Assembly: GCF_009914755.1 (NCBI RefSeq)
Contig: NC_060932.1
Reading direction: 5' to 3' (one strand)
Length of the DNA: 64,000 bases
From: the human T2T-CHM13v2.0 reference genome, Homo sapiens
Positions 28,900 through 43,963 of this stretch are shown in pieces. The translations under genes and the position numbers were made by a program. The stretch's first letter is position 1. Each line of letters begins with the position of its first letter. Below the pieces are notes generated by a model. It saw only the letters and a list, made by a program, of their open reading frames with translations. It did not search any database and had not been told where the DNA came from.

Positions 28900-29450
28900 T
28901 TCATTTATTCAGTTTAATTGAACAAATAATTATTAGCTACCTATAATGATGGCATGGATATTGCTAGCAGAAATACAAAGACAAGTAAGATATATTTTCT
29001 ATTTAGTTATATAATACATATGATTCACGGTTTATAAAATAGAGGAAGTGGTCTTCTGTGATGGGTAGAGCTAACGAAGTCTTCATAGAAGAGTAAATAT
29101 TTGAACTTTGCCTTGAAGGATGAGCGAGAAGGTGCTAAGTTAAAATTAAAAACAGTGATTCAGGTAGATTTACTGAATGTCCAAAGAAGCAGAGTTGTGA
29201 AACAACTTGCAGGGTTCAGAGAGTTATGGATAATTTGGTAAAATTAGAGTTTATGGAAAAAGAAAATTAGATGGAGAAAGCTGGAGGAAATGATGTATGG
29301 AGATTTTTTATTTTATCTCTAGGGATAAAAAAACAGAATTTTGAGCATGAGAGTAATATGATCATCATTCTGATGCTGGAAGATTATCATTAGTAATGTG
29401 CAGCAGGTTGGACTGGGAGAGACACTTCCAGTCTAAGGAAAAGGAGGGAG
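28900..29450 (-). mobile_element. L2 fragment
   Basis: ttcatttattc...aacaaataattatt...; atttgaactttgccttgaaggatgag motifs. Confidence 0.55.
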
Positions 29451-29869
29451 AAAAAGTAGGGCATTATTCATTTAGAATGTCCTGGGTTGGTTTCAAATAT
29501 ATCATCTCTGTGAATTGTTTAATTACTATTGTTGAAAACTGAGCAGACGGAGAACAATATAATGTTTAATTGTGCTGCTCTACAATGTACTTCCAGCTCT
29601 TGAACCGCAGCAGAGGGGAGAACTGTGTAAATATCGATAGAACTCCCTGTTGCTCCAACCTATTCATGAGTTTTAATAAATGTTTCTTGTTCAAGCATTA
29701 TCATTAATAATTCATACAGTTTCTAATGTTTAAATCACTATAGATTTTCTGACAGGTAACCTTCGTAAGATGGAGAAAATAACAGAAACACAGGAATATA
29801 AGAATGCCAGGTTTCCTTAGCCATTTAGAGGGAGAAGGGGAAGAAACAGAAAAAGATACATTTCAAGAA

Positions 29870-29981
29870 GTATGACGAGGTGAGAGGATCTGTACTCCAA
29901 ATCAGCATTACACAATATTTCCAAGTAACAAATGTGCACACAGACCCCCTGCATGTAAAATACAAGTTGCCGGAAAAAAAA
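29870..29981 (+). mobile_element. Short L1PB-like extreme 3' end
   Basis: gatctgtactccaaa...gtaacaaatgtgcacacagaccccctg...aaatacaagttg followed by an A-tail. Confidence 0.6.
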
Positions 29982-31120
29982 GACAGATAAATACATGTAA
30001 CATAAGCCAATTGTTCTTTAAATTTTGTAACCTTGTTTTATTTACTGGGGATAGAGGTGGATTTTAAATTGAGGAGGAATATATTAAAACTATAATCAAG
30101 CTAACCTTTTTAATAAACTGGCATTTACATAGATTTCTTGAACTATTCAAATTAATACAGTACCAAATTTAGTCACACAAAAAAAAACACAGAATGAATG
30201 TGTTCTGTCTCTCTGACAACATCATGCATTCATTTTCATGTGTCCAGAATCAAAAGCATGACAGTGTTTGTAAGAGAAAATTCTAATTGAAAATTATTAT
30301 GCAAGTAAAAGAATTTTTCACAGTAATTATTTAATTGGTAAGATAGAAAATAATAATTTTTACCACAATAGTAATGATAATTCAAGCAACATAACATTCT
30401 GATGATCTCTTGTATATTTTTGTTTTTAAAAAATAGATTTTTAATTGAGCTTATTAGTAATTTTTTCAGTCAGAATTGCAAATTTGCATTTCTAATATGC
30501 ACATTGTGTGTATGTATTGGTTTTAATCAAGGTCCAACATGTGTGGAAGATATCTATGACCTCACATGCTTGCATCTATTTCTGATAAATGAAACTAGAA
30601 TAAAATATTTTGTTAAACACACATAGTTAATCATTGATCTGTATCTTTACTGACACTGGGATGGGCAAAAGCAATTTCACAAATTTGTGAGCTATATTTA
30701 TATGTTTGATAGATTACAAAAAAAGATTTGTACATTGGAATATTTAGGGATTTCAGACCTTTACTGTTATATTTAAGTATTTAATAATTAGTAGAATCTT
30801 TGCCAGGAAAATTACTTAAAGTACATAAAATCACATGTCTATTTTGGGGAAGGCTAGGAGTCTACAGTGATTGAAACACAAGGATAGTATAATATACTGG
30901 GAGAAAGATGAGGTATGCAAAATAGACACATTTTAAAGGAAAAACTCATTTTATTTAAAGATAAGTGTAATTAACATTTGTAGTTAAATTAAGGAGGAAA
31001 TGATCTTTGTTGAAATGTAGCATGTGTTCTGCAAAACTTTTAATTTTGTAGATGCAATTAAACGTGAATTTAAAAATATTCTCTGGTGGTATTAAGATAA
31101 CATTTCCTATGTAGAAATTA

Positions 31121-31321
<201 letters not shown>

Positions 31322-33055
31322 TCAATACTTTCTTTGCTAGAAAAAAAAGTCAGATAAACATAGAGGAGTATGTGTTGATGTGACAGAAGAAAAAACTACA
31401 CAATTTAGTGATCAAGGTTATTATAAAAATATTATTCTGTGTTTAACTAGGAAAGATCTTTCATGTTCCTGAGGCAAGGTCATGATATTTTAGACCATCA
31501 AAAACTCCTACACAGTACTTGTCTTTTGAACTGAAAAGAAAAGGAGGATCTATACAAATATTCAAGTATTTTTAACACCACAAATATATCTTAACATTCC
31601 CAGTTTCACAGAACTTTGTTCTAGAGAAATATTGTTAAAATATTTCTGTGCAAAACAATAAAGTGGCCAAGAGTATAACCGAACCCTTTGCAATACTGAT
31701 GTCGAATACACAAGCCTTAAAATATAGTACCTACATTATAGGCTGCCCATGTCACATATGTTTTTCTGTAAATAGTTTTATTTAAAGAAATATGCTGCAA
31801 ATCTGATGCAGCATAACTGTATCCATTCATTACTAATCCCTCATTCAGTAATGCACAGTTTTGTAACCATAAGAAGGGAAATTACTTCACGTTTTGTCTA
31901 TCATCAATGATATTGTAATTGCATATTAGAACTGAAGCCAAAGGTCATTAGAAGGATGAAAGCAAATTAGTAAATAAGACCTTAGGTTGCGGGGAAGTCC
32001 ATCAAGAATAGGAAAGGGGAAAAAATGGATTCACTGCAGAGTAAATGTCCACATTGATAAGAGATTCTAAATTATATACAGAAAGACAGGTTTCCAAAGG
32101 AAGAAAATACTGAATGTTTGCCTACTTTATTGCTAAAACCATAAGGATTGCTGGAAAATTACATCAGGAAAGTATAAAGTTTCCTTTCATTGTAAAAACC
32201 TACGAGAGTGTTTAGTCTCTTAAATAGTGGCTCTACTATGAATACACCAGCAGAGGGCAGTGTAGTTGACCATATCCTGGAAGTGACTATGGCAGCAAAA
32301 TGCCCTGTGCGTAGTCAACTATTAAAACAAACCTCATTTGCAGTACAAGTATCTAACCAGTGGCCAGTGTTACAGGATTTATGGGAATTTGTCACAAAGA
32401 AACTTGGTAAACTACTATTATTTAATTATGGGATTATATATTACACTGAAGAACACCATAAGATACCAAGATACCATAATGCATCATGGAACTTTAGATT
32501 ATCTTCATTTCCTTCTTCCTGCCAAAAACCATTTTAAATTACCATAATATAAAACAAACTCACACATATATATTGTCTATATATACACATAATCATTTGA
32601 AACATCTTTTAATTAAATTTTGGGGCATGTGAACTTTCAAATTGGTGATTCTTAGGTAGCAGTTTTTTGAGCTACTGTAGAGAGGCAGGTGCAGGTTTAT
32701 GGGAAAGGGTAAACACTCCAGCTTGGAGGCAGAATAGAAAGTAAAGTAAACCCATTATTAAACGGGAATGAGAGCTTATATTTACATAGCATGTACATCA
32801 GCTATACCATATCAAACATACCAGCAAACTACCTCAAAGAGAATACTAAGAGTTGTTTTTCTGGGAAAATTGAAGTATTGCTCTTTTTTACATCCTCCTA
32901 TAACATTCATAATCCTGAACTGTTCTATTATCCTGAAACTTCTAGAATGGTATTTTGTCAGTTCATGAAGAACAACTAACACTTGCAAGCTAAATTGTTC
33001 CCTTACTAACTTATCCTATTGCCCTGATTTCACCTAGTTCCCAACTCATTGCTGG

Positions 33056-33637
33056 TGTAAGGGTATATGTCATCTAAAAATAATAATAAAATATATATAT
33101 TTTTAAATTTTCTGATGTCAAAAATTAAAACTCCCCTCAACTTCTCTTTAGCATTTCTTTTAGAAAACTTGAAATTATAAGTTCCATTTATTTTAGATGT
33201 ATCAAAATATTTTAATAGTTAAATGAGACTTTTGCCAGTTTTTCATTCCTGGAATTTCTCTCTTGGTGGCCTTGGAGCCACCTCTTTAAACTGTGAACAT
33301 CAAAGAGGATGATGCCCTGTCTCTACTTTTCTGGGGAGTTAAAGCCTAGGTACTTAGTACTTAGCTCTTTGATTTAACTTCCTGCTTGTCATAATGATAG
33401 GAAATGTTTTATTTTTTGTTTTGATGAAGGCAATTAACATGTATGCAATGGATTGTATATTCCTAGCTATATATTATTTCTCTTTTTTGCAATCTCCTTA
33501 GCAGATTTCCTATGATGCACATCACAGTTTGGTTTAATCCTATTCAACAGAAAAACTGTTTCATTTTTCCCTCCATTTTATGGAGAGCTTTTACTGAGCT
33601 GGCAAAAGATTTTATTTTTAATCACATTTCCCCAACT
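33056..33637 (+). mobile_element. 5' LTR of the provirus
   Basis: Shares ordered blocks with 42.2-42.8 kb: ttctctttag.atttc, ggccttggagc, gaacatcaa, ttaaagcctagg, caattaacatgt, agctatat, aacagaaaa.ctgtttcattt, gattttatttt. Confidence 0.75.
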
Positions 33638-35604
33638 ACTTGGTAAAGAGGATTGGGATATGAACGGTAGTTTTGAATTGAGTGGACCCCACAGCAGCCA
33701 TATTATAATTATAATTATAAAAGTTCTCCCTTCTTGATCTTTGCTTTTTTGAAATAGTATCTGGATAGACCACTCTCTCCAAACTCAAATTTTATTAATT
33801 TAAAATTTATTAATTTAAATTTAAAATTTTAAATTTTATTAATGAGTATGCATGGGTAATCTGGACTCAAATCCCATCAGGATTACAATTAACTTTGATG
33901 GTGGAAAAATAGGGGAAGCCAAGGATATTGCCTGCAATTCTTTCTCCTAAACAGCTAATATCTCTGTCATATTTGGAATACATACAAGTACCAAACCTTT
34001 CAGAATTTGTTATGATTCTTTGACCTCATCCCCAGCAAATGAACTGCTGGCATTTATTGGATACATATTATTCTTGGTGGAAACTTAAAAAGATCTGCAT
34101 AACTAGAAGGAAAGATTGAGAAGAATGGAAGAGGAAATGGATAAATTAAAGGCACTTTCATTGATTCTTCTTCCTTTTTCTGCTATCTCTGCTCTTTCTG
34201 CATCCCTTGTGTCTCTTTATCCTTCTCTGCCTTAGTAGACTCCTGAGAAGATCAAAGCAATGGTGTTTTAGACCTCCAGTTCTCCTAGTTAGTGTATTTC
34301 CCTACAAAGGACAAGGCCACAACTTCTTTCGCTGATAATGAATTATCTGCCTTGTTTGAGGAAACAGATTTGTGTGCCTCATGCCCTAACCCTGAGCCTA
34401 GTCAATGTTTTAGCACATATTGTGCCCCCAAAAGTCACTTATCATTTATATTTCATGTATTTAGGAAAGCAGAAATTATGAAGGAACGTGCTTGGGGAAT
34501 AATTGGGAACTTGTATAAAAGACTGTCCCCACATGAAGACAAAAAGATGTAGAGTGGTCTCACTTGCTATTTGGAAAAAAAATAGTCTTAGTCTAATAAA
34601 CAGTAACATGGAAAATAAGCCAAAAAGTCATATAATTCTACATTTATCTTGTCACAATGTGAGAAAGACCAGCTCTTATTTGATCACCAGTGAAGCTGAT
34701 GCCATTGAGAAGTTATACAGACCTCCTTGCCAGCTGATATATCTCAAATAAAAGCTTCTTTTCCCTGCTTCCCAGAAGTTTGCAGGCATCCTCTGCAGCA
34801 TGTTTTCAGTTTACAGTCCCGGGCATGGAGATTTGCACAGGATACAGTGTGGAGTTCTGCAATCAGCAGACTCCACTCATGTGATGGAACAAGCACACTG
34901 GGGACCAGAAGATCACCCATTGAACCAAGAGGTAGATAACTGTTCATCACCCTCCACAAATAAGGGATAACTAAGAGATTTGGAGACTCACTGAAAGTAA
35001 CTCCTTGTAGCTGTACTCGAAATCTTTCCTCTAAAAGTGAGCTGCGTGAAACTGCAATGGTGTATCCGAAAGACAAGGGAGTCTGCCATTGATTTCCATT
35101 AGCAGTTTGTTGAGGCTTTCTCAGAATCTACCGGTATGGATCCAAGGGTAGTTCAAAATTTTTGTCTCAGGTCCTTTGATGACTATCCAAATTCAAATTA
35201 GAGGAAGGGTATTAGGATGGCAAGGACAGATTCAAATGTTAGCAGCAGTTACTTAGTTTTGGGACAATCTAGAGAAATGTGAAGAAGAAAATAAAAAAAA
35301 AACTGATATGTTAATTATCCAGTAAGAACTATTTAGTAAAAGGCATAACCCCTATTCTGGCCAGCCTGTAGAGTGAGCAAAGAAAGAAAACAAAACCATA
35401 TGCCATACTGCGAGAAGCCAGATGTTGGAGGCGGGACTGGAGAAAAGAGAATCCAGAGGATACAGCAACTGCAGAAATAAGGGAATCAGGAAAGCCCAGA
35501 AGGCTGGGAAATAATTTGGGAATGACCTAAAACTGACAGATTGAGGGGATCTCAGATGTGGGAACTGATGATACGTACATTTCAATAACTTTCTCTCATG
35601 CTAA

Positions 35605-35900
<296 letters not shown>

Positions 35901-37660
35901 TGCATTTTCTAGTAGTTGCTGGTGCTACTTATTCTGTGATTTCCCCAGAAAAGTCTTACTTTCCATCTGGTGTTAATGAACACACGTTGTTGGTATTTTG
36001 AGTTAGCCTTCTACTTGCTCTTTTTCTTCTGCAGTTCCCACACAAATAGGGCCTCATATTGGGAATAGGTTTTCTTAGTTTTCTCCTGATCCTCCTGTAA
36101 ACCTATTGCAGGGAGACCTGCTGGGAAAATTAAAGACTACCATATTCTATATTCCATAGGGAGTGTCTGTGGAACTCCCTGGAATAAAAGGAATCTGATT
36201 ACTGTGTACCTTCTGAAAGAAAAGGGGTATTCCGAAAAGCAGCTTTCTCACACTGTGCTGGATAAGTGCCCTGAACTGAAACAAGTCAATTCATCACTTT
36301 GGGCCCTAGCAAGTGGTTTAGTTTGAGGTGTAGAATCAATAGAAATTCTTTACAAAAAACATAAGCAATGGCCATGTGTCAAACAATACCCTTTGTCAAA
36401 GGCTCTACTAGAAGAAATAAACACAGTTAAAAAAATTCAAAGACAAGTGGTAATTTTATAAAGACACTCACCCTGTAATATTAATACTGCCATACTTCCA
36501 GAAAGGAAAGAAGGTAAATGTGATAAAGATGATTGACCTGTGTACAAGATCTTAAAGAAGAAAATAAATTTATTGCTCCATTCACGCCTTTAGTTTCTAA
36601 CATCAGAAACTTTAGTACTTTGCTACCATCCTCTGCAAAGTTTTTTCTCCGATTTATCTATGATCTGTTTTTTCTCATTGCTCTAGTAAACAAGTTTACA
36701 TTTCTGTTGCTGTTTGCTGTTTTACTTAGAAAGGAGTTCAGTATTTATGAAAAAGTATTCAAGGATTTCCTGACTCTCCTTCCATTTCTCTAATCATTTA
36801 CAGAAAAAACTTAAAGAAATTTGTCCCAGTGGGGGATCTGTAAGTCATCAGCATGTTGATGGTTTGCTGGTAGGCTCAGAAACTAAAGAGCAATAAAAAA
36901 CTGACACTTCAGCTTTGTTACAACTCCCCCTTCACAAGGGCATAAGCCTTCAATAGACAAATTGCAAAATTGCCAAACTGAGATAAAATATTTAGAGCAT
37001 CTGTTGATGCTGAAGGCATTATGTAGGCCTTAAAAAAAAAAACTATTTTGAGGACTAGTAGAATATTGTGGACAGTGAATTTCAGCTTTTGTAAAGTGGC
37101 CAAAACTCTAATGAAATAACTGTGTAATAATTCCTCGGATCCTTTTATTTGGTCAGTAGAATCTGAAGAAGTGTTCCAATTAAAATTGGCTATAGTATAA
37201 GCTTTGGGAGTTCCAAATTTTGCAAAGACTTTCCACTTGCTTTGCTATGAAAATAAAGCGGCTACTTTTGGAATTTTAACTCAAAAGTTGGGAATAGATG
37301 ACACATTAATAACAAATTTCTCAGTTTCCTTGGAGGTAGTGGCACTGTTGATGACAAGATTCTGTGGAAGTAGCAGATAAACTTTTTAAAAGGCTCAAGC
37401 CCTTACCTGCAGTCACTTATATGCGCGTCCCACATGCTGTGACAGCTATCTTACAAGTGCAAAAAATCCAGAATGTGTGGGTATGCCAACAGACTAGTTA
37501 AGAACAAGCATTGATCCCAGTATTGTGCTTAGGAGATGCAATATCCTAAATCATGTTACTCTTTTACCAGATCCTGATCAAATAGATGATCATGATTGTA
37601 TTACAGGGGTAAGAGAAGACACTAAGCTCTGATGAATTTATCTGATATTCTTGTCTGTAA

Positions 37661-38270
37661 TGAGGCAGAGAAAGGATGGGGCCTCGCTTCAGCTCACCTC
37701 CACTAGAACATCCTTTCTTGCATTCCCCCGATCACAAACCTATACCACTACTTCACTGATAACATACCTGTTAGTAGTCATACAAGGAAAAAAGCCATTC
37801 TATGTTCTTCTTCTGTGCTCTCATAATGTGTAACCATGCCGTTTGTTTAAATAATTCCAGAAACTGGCCTTAGGAGATTCGAAATCAAACCAAGTTTGCA
37901 GTTTCCCACCTTGGGAAGGAATGCTGCACAATTGATTTACAGCCCTGTTGCCGCTGGCCAGACCACCAGGTGGCCCACTGCTCAAGATAACCATCACAAT
38001 AAGATATGCGGACCCATGTACTCTACCACTTATGTGCTGTGCACAGAACAGTCTGTGTGCCTTACCCCTGATGTCAATTCCCATGAGTTACCTAGTAAAG
38101 AAAATCCCTACTGGCTTTTTTTGGAGAGCCAGCTGGAGGACCCTTGTGACTCTGCCGTCTCCCTAGTGCTTAAGCACAAGCCCTGAAATAAATACCTTGT
38201 CTGGGAAATCTGCTGGGCCTCATGTTAATTTCCATTACATAGGGAGCCAAAGAGCCTGTGGTTTTTAGCA
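37661..38270 (+). mobile_element. ERV1 solo LTR nested in pol (MER72/LTR47-like; family uncertain)
   Basis: GC-richer ~610-bp block, tg...ca, with ggccagaccaccaggtggcc and AATAAA at ~38187. It interrupts pol just before the FT[D]G-like RNase H motif. Confidence 0.65.
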
Positions 38271-38446
38271 ATGACAATTTAATAATATTTACTGGTGGAC
38301 ATGTACTTGGGATAAAAATGGCCCTATTTAAGGTTTTGTATGCTATGATGACCTCTTATACGACATTTTGAAAGCTTATGCTTTGCCTAGAATTAAGCTG
38401 ACACAAGCAGCACAGTTAATAGAAGTTACTGGAGTTGCAATTCTTG

Positions 38447-38490
38447 ATAGGTAGGTAGGTAGGTAGGTAGGTAGGTAGGTAGGTAGGTAG
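38447..38490. repeat. (TAGG)n tetranucleotide microsatellite
   Basis: About 11 perfect units visible. Confidence 0.95.
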
Positions 38491-39302
38491 GAAGGAAATA
38501 CATGTTTGGTGTCCATCAAATAGGAGAGCAAATTTGGAGAAATAGAAGCTTCTCAACTTTGAGGGGAAGTAAAATATCTCATGGAAAACTGATAGCTGAT
38601 TTTTTAGAAGCTGTACAACTGTCCTGTCAGATCAGTAACCATTTGTAGAGCTCACATAGAGCAGAATGACACAATTTTTAATGCAACTATTTTGCTGACA
38701 GAGCTGCAAAAGCAACTGTTAAAATGTAACAGATTGTAAACTTGGAAGCCTCACTTTTAATACAAGAAACTTTTGTTAATTTTCAAAAATATGCTTCACA
38801 AAAGGAAACTGATGAATGAATTATAAAGGAGGATAAAACATTTGACTGAACTATGAAAATTACCTAATAAAGTAACCCCTATACCATACTTATTATTCAT
38901 TTGATTAATAGTGTGTCATTGACATACTCATCTAAGTAAAATGGGGACTTTAAAGACCCCAGACTATTACTGTACTTACATAAAAATAAAATTATTCCAA
39001 AAATATTAAAGAGATGAGCTGTTTGTCAGAAGAATTATTTACAGTCTATTCCTAAGGTACATGTGGCAGTTTTCCCCAACCAGCTTTCCCAGAAATTAAG
39101 TGGCAGTTGGATTTCATAGAATTAATGTCTACAAAAAGTAAGATATTTTGTCTAGTTATAGTATATATGATGTTTGGATGGTCTGAAGTCTTTCCGTCTT
39201 TAAATGTGAATGTGCAAGCCCGGTAAAGTATCTTTTAATACCCATGATTTCCACTTTGGGGCTACAGAAGCATAATGAATCAGAGAAAGGAAGTCATCTT
39301 AT

Positions 39303-39859
39303 TGTGATATCCTACCTTGTTTTAACTGGAATTGCCTCTCCCTTAGCTGAGAGAGCCGGACAGACTCCATTTTGGTTCCTTCACTTGCAGCCCCTTACCC
39401 ACCCCCACTTTTCTTCAAGGACTTAACTTGTGCAAGCTGACTCCCAGCCCATCAAAGAATGTAATTACTGATAAGATACTGTGGCAAGCTATATCCACAG
39501 TTCCCAGGAATTTGCCCAGTCGATAGTACCCTAAGCCCCCGCATTTGTGTCCGGTTGATAGCACCCAAAGCCCCGCGTCTATCACCTTGCGATGGATTTA
39601 AAGCCCCTGCACCTGGAACTGTTTGTTTTCCTGTAACCATTTATCTTTTTAACCTTCTTTTGCCTGTTTTACTTCTGTAAGATTGCTTCAGCTAGGCTCC
39701 CCCTCCCCTTTCTAAACCAAAGTATAACAGAAAATCTAGCCCCTTCTTCGAGGCCAAGAGAATTTTGAGCGCTAGCCGTCTCTCGGTCGCCAGCAATAAA
39801 AGGACTCCTGAATTAGTCTCAGAGTGTGGCGTTTCTCTACAACTCGCTCGGTTACAACA
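39303..39859 (+). mobile_element. Solo LTR, LTR6A/B (HERV-S71/T)-like, 557 bp, nested in integrase
   Basis: TG...CA ends with a perfect 4-bp TSD TTAT. CpGs are retained and AATAAA lies at ~39795. Confidence 0.75.
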
Positions 39860-40627
39860 TTATTATCACTGTCACCTAGTAATTATGCAATTATTTATAG
39901 ATTTCTATAAGATGAATGGAACTCATTTGCTGAGATTAGGCAATATACTGGATAAAAATGGCCTAGCATTTTACTGTTAGCATTGTCAAAAATTTGACAT
40001 CTGCAAACAAGCGTGATATTTTTCCCCTTTGAACTAATGGTTGCCAGACCTATGAAATTCAGTCAGAAACCATGTCCTGTGCCCAATTTAACTGAATTCT
40101 CTCTTAATCATGTTCATACTTCAAGGTGCTTCTTTCTTTCCTAGAATCCCTAAGACACAAAACCATAAGGACCTGGAAGGACCTGTTGAAAGAAATTTGC
40201 CACCCTATTGACCAGGAGATTCGATTTATCTGAAAGTATTCCAGAGGTAAGATTAGCTGATCCTGTGCTAGAAGGATCAAGTGCTCTTGATGATCCACAT
40301 GGCTAGCAAAGTGAAAGAAAATCTCACGCAGATTCATGTGGAGCCAGCACCTCAGAAGAATTTGACAATAGTTCCTACAAAGGACTCAAAAAAATTTTCT
40401 AGATAAGTAATTTTGGCTCTGAACTCAACTGAAAGAAGAAATTCTAGTGAGCTTATGCTCATAGACTGCTTTGTTGTCCTATTCACAGTAACATTATTTC
40501 AATTACTTTAAGAACCACATTTTATTAAAAAAATGTTATTTGTTACACTACTTTTTCTTTGTGTACTCCTGGTAATAATAGTTCCCACAATCACTTATTT
40601 CCAAACAGCTAGGAATTGGACTCCCAG

Positions 40628-41117
40628 TGATTAAGATGGGCTTAATGTTCCAGTCACCCTAACTAAACTTTAGAAAATTTTAGGTGGGTTTCTTTCTGAC
40701 TACAGGTTCCTGACCTACTGTTTCTTAAAGCATTTAAGTTAAAAAAAAACTTGCAATTATAAATCCATTCTCTACCCCTTTGGATGTAAATATTCAACAA
40801 AGAATATCTTTCTCAAGAACCTCCAAGCCATTCCTTTGAAATGTAATCATTGAAGGAGGTAGCACCTGTCTCCCAGTCTCTATGGGAGGATAGGAGCTTA
40901 ACTTCAACAAGAAACAATTGAAACGCAGATGGTCTGTATACATTGACTAATCTCTCATCTAAAGCTTTCCAGTGATTTTCCACTAACTCACTCCACTGCT
41001 TAAAAACCCTCCCACTTTTTGTTTCAGCAGAGTTGAGTTCAGTCTCTCTCCCCTACTGCAATAGTTTTAGGAAAAGTCCTGTTTGTTTGACTTGTCTGGT
41101 GCAATTTTTCTTTTACA
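40628..41117 (+). mobile_element. ERV1 solo LTR (MER31-like)
   Basis: tgattaagatgg...cctttgaaatgtaatcat...gagttgagttcagtctctctccc...ttttaca. TSD ccag/caag. Confidence 0.7.
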
Positions 41118-42199
41118 CAAGAATAGGTATGATCTGCTTATAAGTTCAACAGTCCAATTATTGGCAGAGTAAAAGTGAGACCATCTTCTTACTAATTTTT
41201 TAATAATCCCAAAGTAAAAGTAACTAATATGTGTCTAAATATTAATCCATAAATTTCACACATACAGGCACACACAATTTTTTAACTGATTTAAATGGAA
41301 GGATAATTTAGAATGAAAAACATCTAATTAACAGACAAACAAATCTGACGTTTATAGGTAAGACTGCAAATGATAAGTCTAATATAAGTTAATTAGCTTT
41401 GGGACACAAGTCTCTCCAGTCCAAATATCAATATAGAAACAAAAGTAAATGTCTATTATTTGCAGAGATTTAATTGACTGTTATTATAATTAAATTATTG
41501 ATTTGGGCTTATGTGAAACCTATAGGCTTTTTCCACAAGAATTGTAACAATTAAAGTCATGTATATTAAATACTGGAAGTTCAATCTGTACCCTTAAGAG
41601 GTGCCTCATAAGGATACTAGAAAATGGTTGTGTTTTCCATCTCCAAAAAAATTGGAAAAATGAAATAAATGCTAAAAGTCCTAGATTATCTTATAAATGT
41701 AATATTACTTACGTGATTGATGAAAACTCTGAATAAGTATTTTGGCCCTCCAAAAAATATTTTATTTAAAAATTTAGATATTTGAGTTCTAGGGTTAAGT
41801 TACACCTTAGGCTTGGTTTAGTAAGATGTCATGAGGATCTACAAAAATAATATTCAAATAGATAATTATTTGAAAGTATAAGCAATGTAGATACCACAAC
41901 AGTTTATAAAATTAATGGATGATGGAGAATTTTTGTTCATGGCTAATCAAGAATCTGCTTGAACTATTCACTATTGGTTCACTTAAATATTTAAAGGTTA
42001 TTCCTTCAAGGCTAATAATACAATAAATTTATAAATTAATTCAATTATATTTCTGATAATTACCTTGCTTTGTATTTTACATTGGATTTGCTATATATTT
42101 TGATAACTGCAAACTGCCCAGAGAAGAGTAGAAACAGCAATACACATAATTTAATAATTATCGTGTTATAAAATAGTAACAAAAAAGAAAACTTCTAAG

Positions 42200-42774
42200 T
42201 ATAAATACAAATCTTTAAAAAAATGTAAAAATTTTCTTGAAATTATAAAGGTAAGAGAACTCCCCCAACCCCCCTTCTCTTTAGAATTTCCTATAGAAAA
42301 ACTGAAGTTGTAGATGCTTTCTTTTTCTTTCAGATATGTGTAAATGTTTTAAAAGCTAAAGAAAACACTTACAAGTTTTACATTCTAAGAATGTCCTTCT
42401 TAGAGGCCTTGGAGCTATCTTTTTGAAATAAGAACATCAAGGAAGATTGTATCCTGTCTTCCTGTTTCACTGAGTGTTAAAGCCTAGGCACTTGGCTCCA
42501 TTATGTAACTTCTTGATTATTATAAAGATAGAAGTGTATATTTTTCTTTTGATAAAGACAATTAACATGTGTGTAATGGATTATATCTGTCAAGCTATAT
42601 AAAAAGGGTGAGGTTTCTCTTTTTTGAAATCTCCTCTACAGATTGCCTCTGATGCAGATCACAATCTGGCTTAATTTTTATTTAACAGAAAAGCTGTTTC
42701 ATTTCTTTTTACATTTTGTGAAGCGGATTCATTGGGTTGGTAGGTGATTTTATTTTAATTATATTTTCTCAGTA
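42200..42774 (+). mobile_element. 3' LTR of the provirus (5' boundary approximate)
   Basis: Collinear similarity to 33.1-33.6 kb. Confidence 0.75.
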
Positions 42775-42965
42775 CTTGATGTCTCACTGAAAACCCTGCT
42801 CTTTGTATAAAACCTCAATGGCCAGTTCTTCTCAGCTCCCTCTCAAACACCTTGGTTTAGATTCAAATGGTAGAAACCTTCAACCCTGACAGTAAAGGAT
42901 GCTGTGGGCTACAGAGGAAAGAGTCATATTCTTGTAAGACTCTCAAATGAGTCTTTAAATAGCTG

Positions 42966-43639
42966 TGTTACAGTAAGTAGTCAGACATGAGCAGGGCAGG
43001 AAAGGGCCTCCCCACACCAGGAATATTAGGTGATCATCAGGTGATGGCCAGGCAGTTATTAAACTGTCTATCTAATTGATGCAGCCAGCAGGAGGGAAAG
43101 GCAGTCTCCCAATAGATAGAAACACCTGAAACTGGTGATCAACAGCTTCCTGATAAGATCTCAGGAGTTGGGTGAGTGGGCTTAAACATGTATGCTAAGA
43201 GGTAAAACATTGGAGTTTAACTGTAACACTTGACTGGTAAGAGGAAAAATGCCTCAAGTACACAAGCATAGAACTTCAGTAAACACACTGGGCATGTGGC
43301 CCATCCCAAGTGCTGGCAGGCCACTGTGCATGCAGACAGCCCACCCCAAGGAAAACCTGGGGAGAAGAGATGCAAACCCCCTGGAAGCATGCCAACATAT
43401 AAAACCCAAAGTCAAAGGTCAAAACACACACTTAAATCTTTCAAGTAGCCTGCTTGGCCCTTTTCCAAATGTACTTCACTTCCTTTCATTCCTGCCCTTA
43501 AAGTTTTTAATAAACTCACTTCTGCTCTAAAATTTGCCTCGGTCTCTCACTCTGCTTTATGCCTCTCTGTTGAATTATTTCTTCTGAGGAGGCAAGAATT
43601 GAGCTGCTGCAGTCCCGAACAGATTTGCTGCCACAGACA
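42966..43639 (+). mobile_element. ERV1 solo LTR (MER50-like)
   Basis: tgttacagtaagtagtcagacatgagcagggcagg...catcaggtgatgg, with AATAAA at ~43509. TSD gctg/gttg. Confidence 0.8.
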
Positions 43640-43963
43640 GTTGTATCAATATTTAATACATCTTTTTGAATGTATTATTTGTTAATTTAAAAAATGCTTC
43701 TTTAATACATGTTTATTTACAGGCTGAGTAACTTCAGTGTTCATAGTTCATTCTAGTCTTCCTAGTCAGTCACTTCCTGCTAAAATGAGATAAAGTCCTA
43801 AATAGGTGCGCTCAAAAATATTTTTCAAGAATTGAAATAGTATATAAAATAAAGAACATAATCTATTACACTTTTATTAGCCTTGTGCAGATGAAAGGCC
43901 TTAGCCCACTTCAAAAGTTCATTGAAAAATCAACTCACAATAAGGCAGATTAATAAGAGAAAA

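Larger units (their letters stand above)
35905..40330 (+). pseudogene. Decayed retroviral pro-pol (protease, RT, RNase H, integrase)
   Basis: ggtgctacttattctgtg ([D]xGATYSV, ~35920); aacctattgcagggagacctgctg (NLLGRDLL-like); SPCN..TAILP ~36468; VQDLKEENKF ~36540; caaggatttcctgactctcct (QGF.DSP); cagcatgttgatggtttgctg (QYVDDLL-like, ~36850); gctgacagagctgcaaaa (AD.AAK); tggcagttggatttcatagaatta (WQLDFIEL, ~39101). Many stops and frameshifts. Confidence 0.8.

Noticed and set aside
33783-33846. AT-only quasi-palindromic stretch (similar ones at 10688-10727 and 24050-24190)
   Set aside because: Low-complexity slippage products, where symmetry is expected by chance.
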